In this document: in pieces, positions 62,636-64,000 of the stretch
How the letters are laid out: the number at the start of each line of letters is the position of its first letter
Position numbering within the stretch: position 1 is the first letter of the stretch
Assembly (NCBI GenBank): GCA_964016885.1
Contig: OZ024740.1
Coordinates: 72,788,001 to 72,852,000, forward strand
DNA length: 64,000 nt
Direction of reading: 5' to 3'
Origin: Eledone cirrhosa
Lineage: Eukaryota
Notes under the pieces: generated by a model
Database searches by the model: none
What the model saw: only the letters and a program-made list of their open reading frames with translations
What the model was told of the DNA's origin: nothing
Made by a program: the position numbers and the translations under genes

Positions 62636-62790
62636 TACGAGGTTTGTCCCAAAAGTAAGAGTACTGAAATTACAAGTTATCTCCTTCAAATTACGACCGT
62701 TGGGAAATCAATCCAACGTTTTTCCATTGATCGTAGCAATACTGAAAGTCATTTTCTCTGAGTGTTCTTAGCTCGTGAGTTACAATTTTT
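62636..62790 (-). mobile_element. Mariner 3' end remnant
   Basis: TIR-like TACGAGGTTTGTCCCAAAAGTAAG. The minus strand encodes ELRTLRENDFQYCYDQWKKRW and, after a frameshift, FEGDNL*. Confidence 0.75.
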
Positions 62791-63628
62791 GCAAGTTTTC
62801 TGCAGTTCCAAAATGATGACAAAATTTCAGATCCATGGATCGACAAAATTCCAGACCTCATTCGTTCACTGAGTACGTTGGAACACGTTCTGGAGTTGCG
62901 ACCGACAGATAGTATTAGCAATTGGAAGGGCCAATGGAAACATTGTTTCCTCGGTCCTATTTGACGAGCTCCACCACACTCGTAAGGTATTACATACAAG
63001 GTATTAGATGATGCGTCAATATTATAAAAAAAACAGAAGAGAGATGGTATTATGTATATATCCTTTGTTTTTTACATAATCCTTTTAGGCAACCACATTC
63101 ATATCTTCAAAATGTACATAACAGGATTATGTAATAATCAGAGGGTGTATACATAATACCGCCTCTCTTCTTTTTCATTATATATATATATATATAAATG
63201 AGTTTTTCGAATATTAATAATTGTTTCTACTTTAGGCACAAGGCCAGCAATTACCCAGTAAATTACTGGTACTTTATTTTATCGACCCCGTAATATTAAT
63301 AATAACATTCGATTCGTTTGTAATTATGCAAACAAACCTCGATTTTATAGGCCTCAATTGAGGCTTGTTTGCATAATTGCAAACGAATCGAATGTTATTG
63401 GCACAGTAGAGGGTCGGACGCCATGTTTTGACGCATAGAGTTACGGCCCTTGCCATTCTGAGTTCAAATCCCACCGAGGTTAACTTTGCCTTTCATCGTT
63501 ATCGGGACGATAAAATAAAGTACCAGTAATGCACTGGTTAATTGCTGGCCTTGTGCCAAAAGTAGAAACAATTATTAATATTCGAAAAACTCAGATTACA
63601 TTTATTGTATTCAGCCATGTAGAGCGAA

Positions 63629-63670
<42 letters not shown>

Positions 63671-63753
63671 TTCACTGCTTTACGATCGTTTCTAGATGAT
63701 GATAATACATTGTAGCTATACTTCGTTATTGATATATATATATATATATCAGA

Positions 63754-63798
63754 TTCCTGATGATTTCTAAAGAATGAAACAGTTCTAGTCCTGTAGAA
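63754..63798 (+). ncRNA. Type I hammerhead motif, family E
   Basis: TTC-CTGATGA-tTTCT aa AGAAt-GAAA-CAG ttctagtc CTG-TA-GAA, with predicted cleavage after 63795. It lies between (TA)n tracts. Related copies occur at about 4235-4285, 26063-26160 and 30741-30778. Confidence 0.7.
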
Positions 63799-63805
63799 CC
63801 TCATC

Positions 63806-63840
<35 letters not shown>

Positions 63841-63883
63841 GGATATGAGTGCATGTATGTTTGTGTCAGTGTCTGCATATATG

Positions 63884-63921
<38 letters not shown>

Positions 63922-64000
63922 CCACAAGAACTAGCGATCGCAGTGCCGAGTCTCGCTGCAACCATCCTTTCAAGGACACTTGGAATTGAGTTATAACAAC

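Overview
This is AT-rich, microsatellite-dense animal genomic DNA, most likely a cephalopod such as Octopus (inferred from the repeat landscape, not proven). The only host coding exon I can support is a 212-bp minus-strand exon (14505-14716) encoding the second LIM domain of an Arrowhead/Lhx6-8 LIM-homeobox gene, so most of the window is probably intron. The remainder is mobile DNA and satellite. It includes a young 5'-truncated Tx1/L1-type LINE inside a (GATA)n array, CRE, RTE and CR1 LINE fragments, two mariner relics, Helitron-like elements, many SINEs, three large CAC-based satellites, and a Penelope-like (Naiad-type) GIY-YIG fragment with an inverted 5' repeat. The most striking unexplained signal is a set of short non-coding elements inserted in (TA)n. 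They carry type I hammerhead-ribozyme motifs (about five distinct families) and repeatedly show one architecture: (TA)n, short inverted arm, hairpin centre, long arm, (TA)n. Near-perfect palindromes reach 370 bp, and their arms match each other better than they match other copies. One SINE-containing segment shows the same architecture. Most supplied ORFs are translations of simple repeats.
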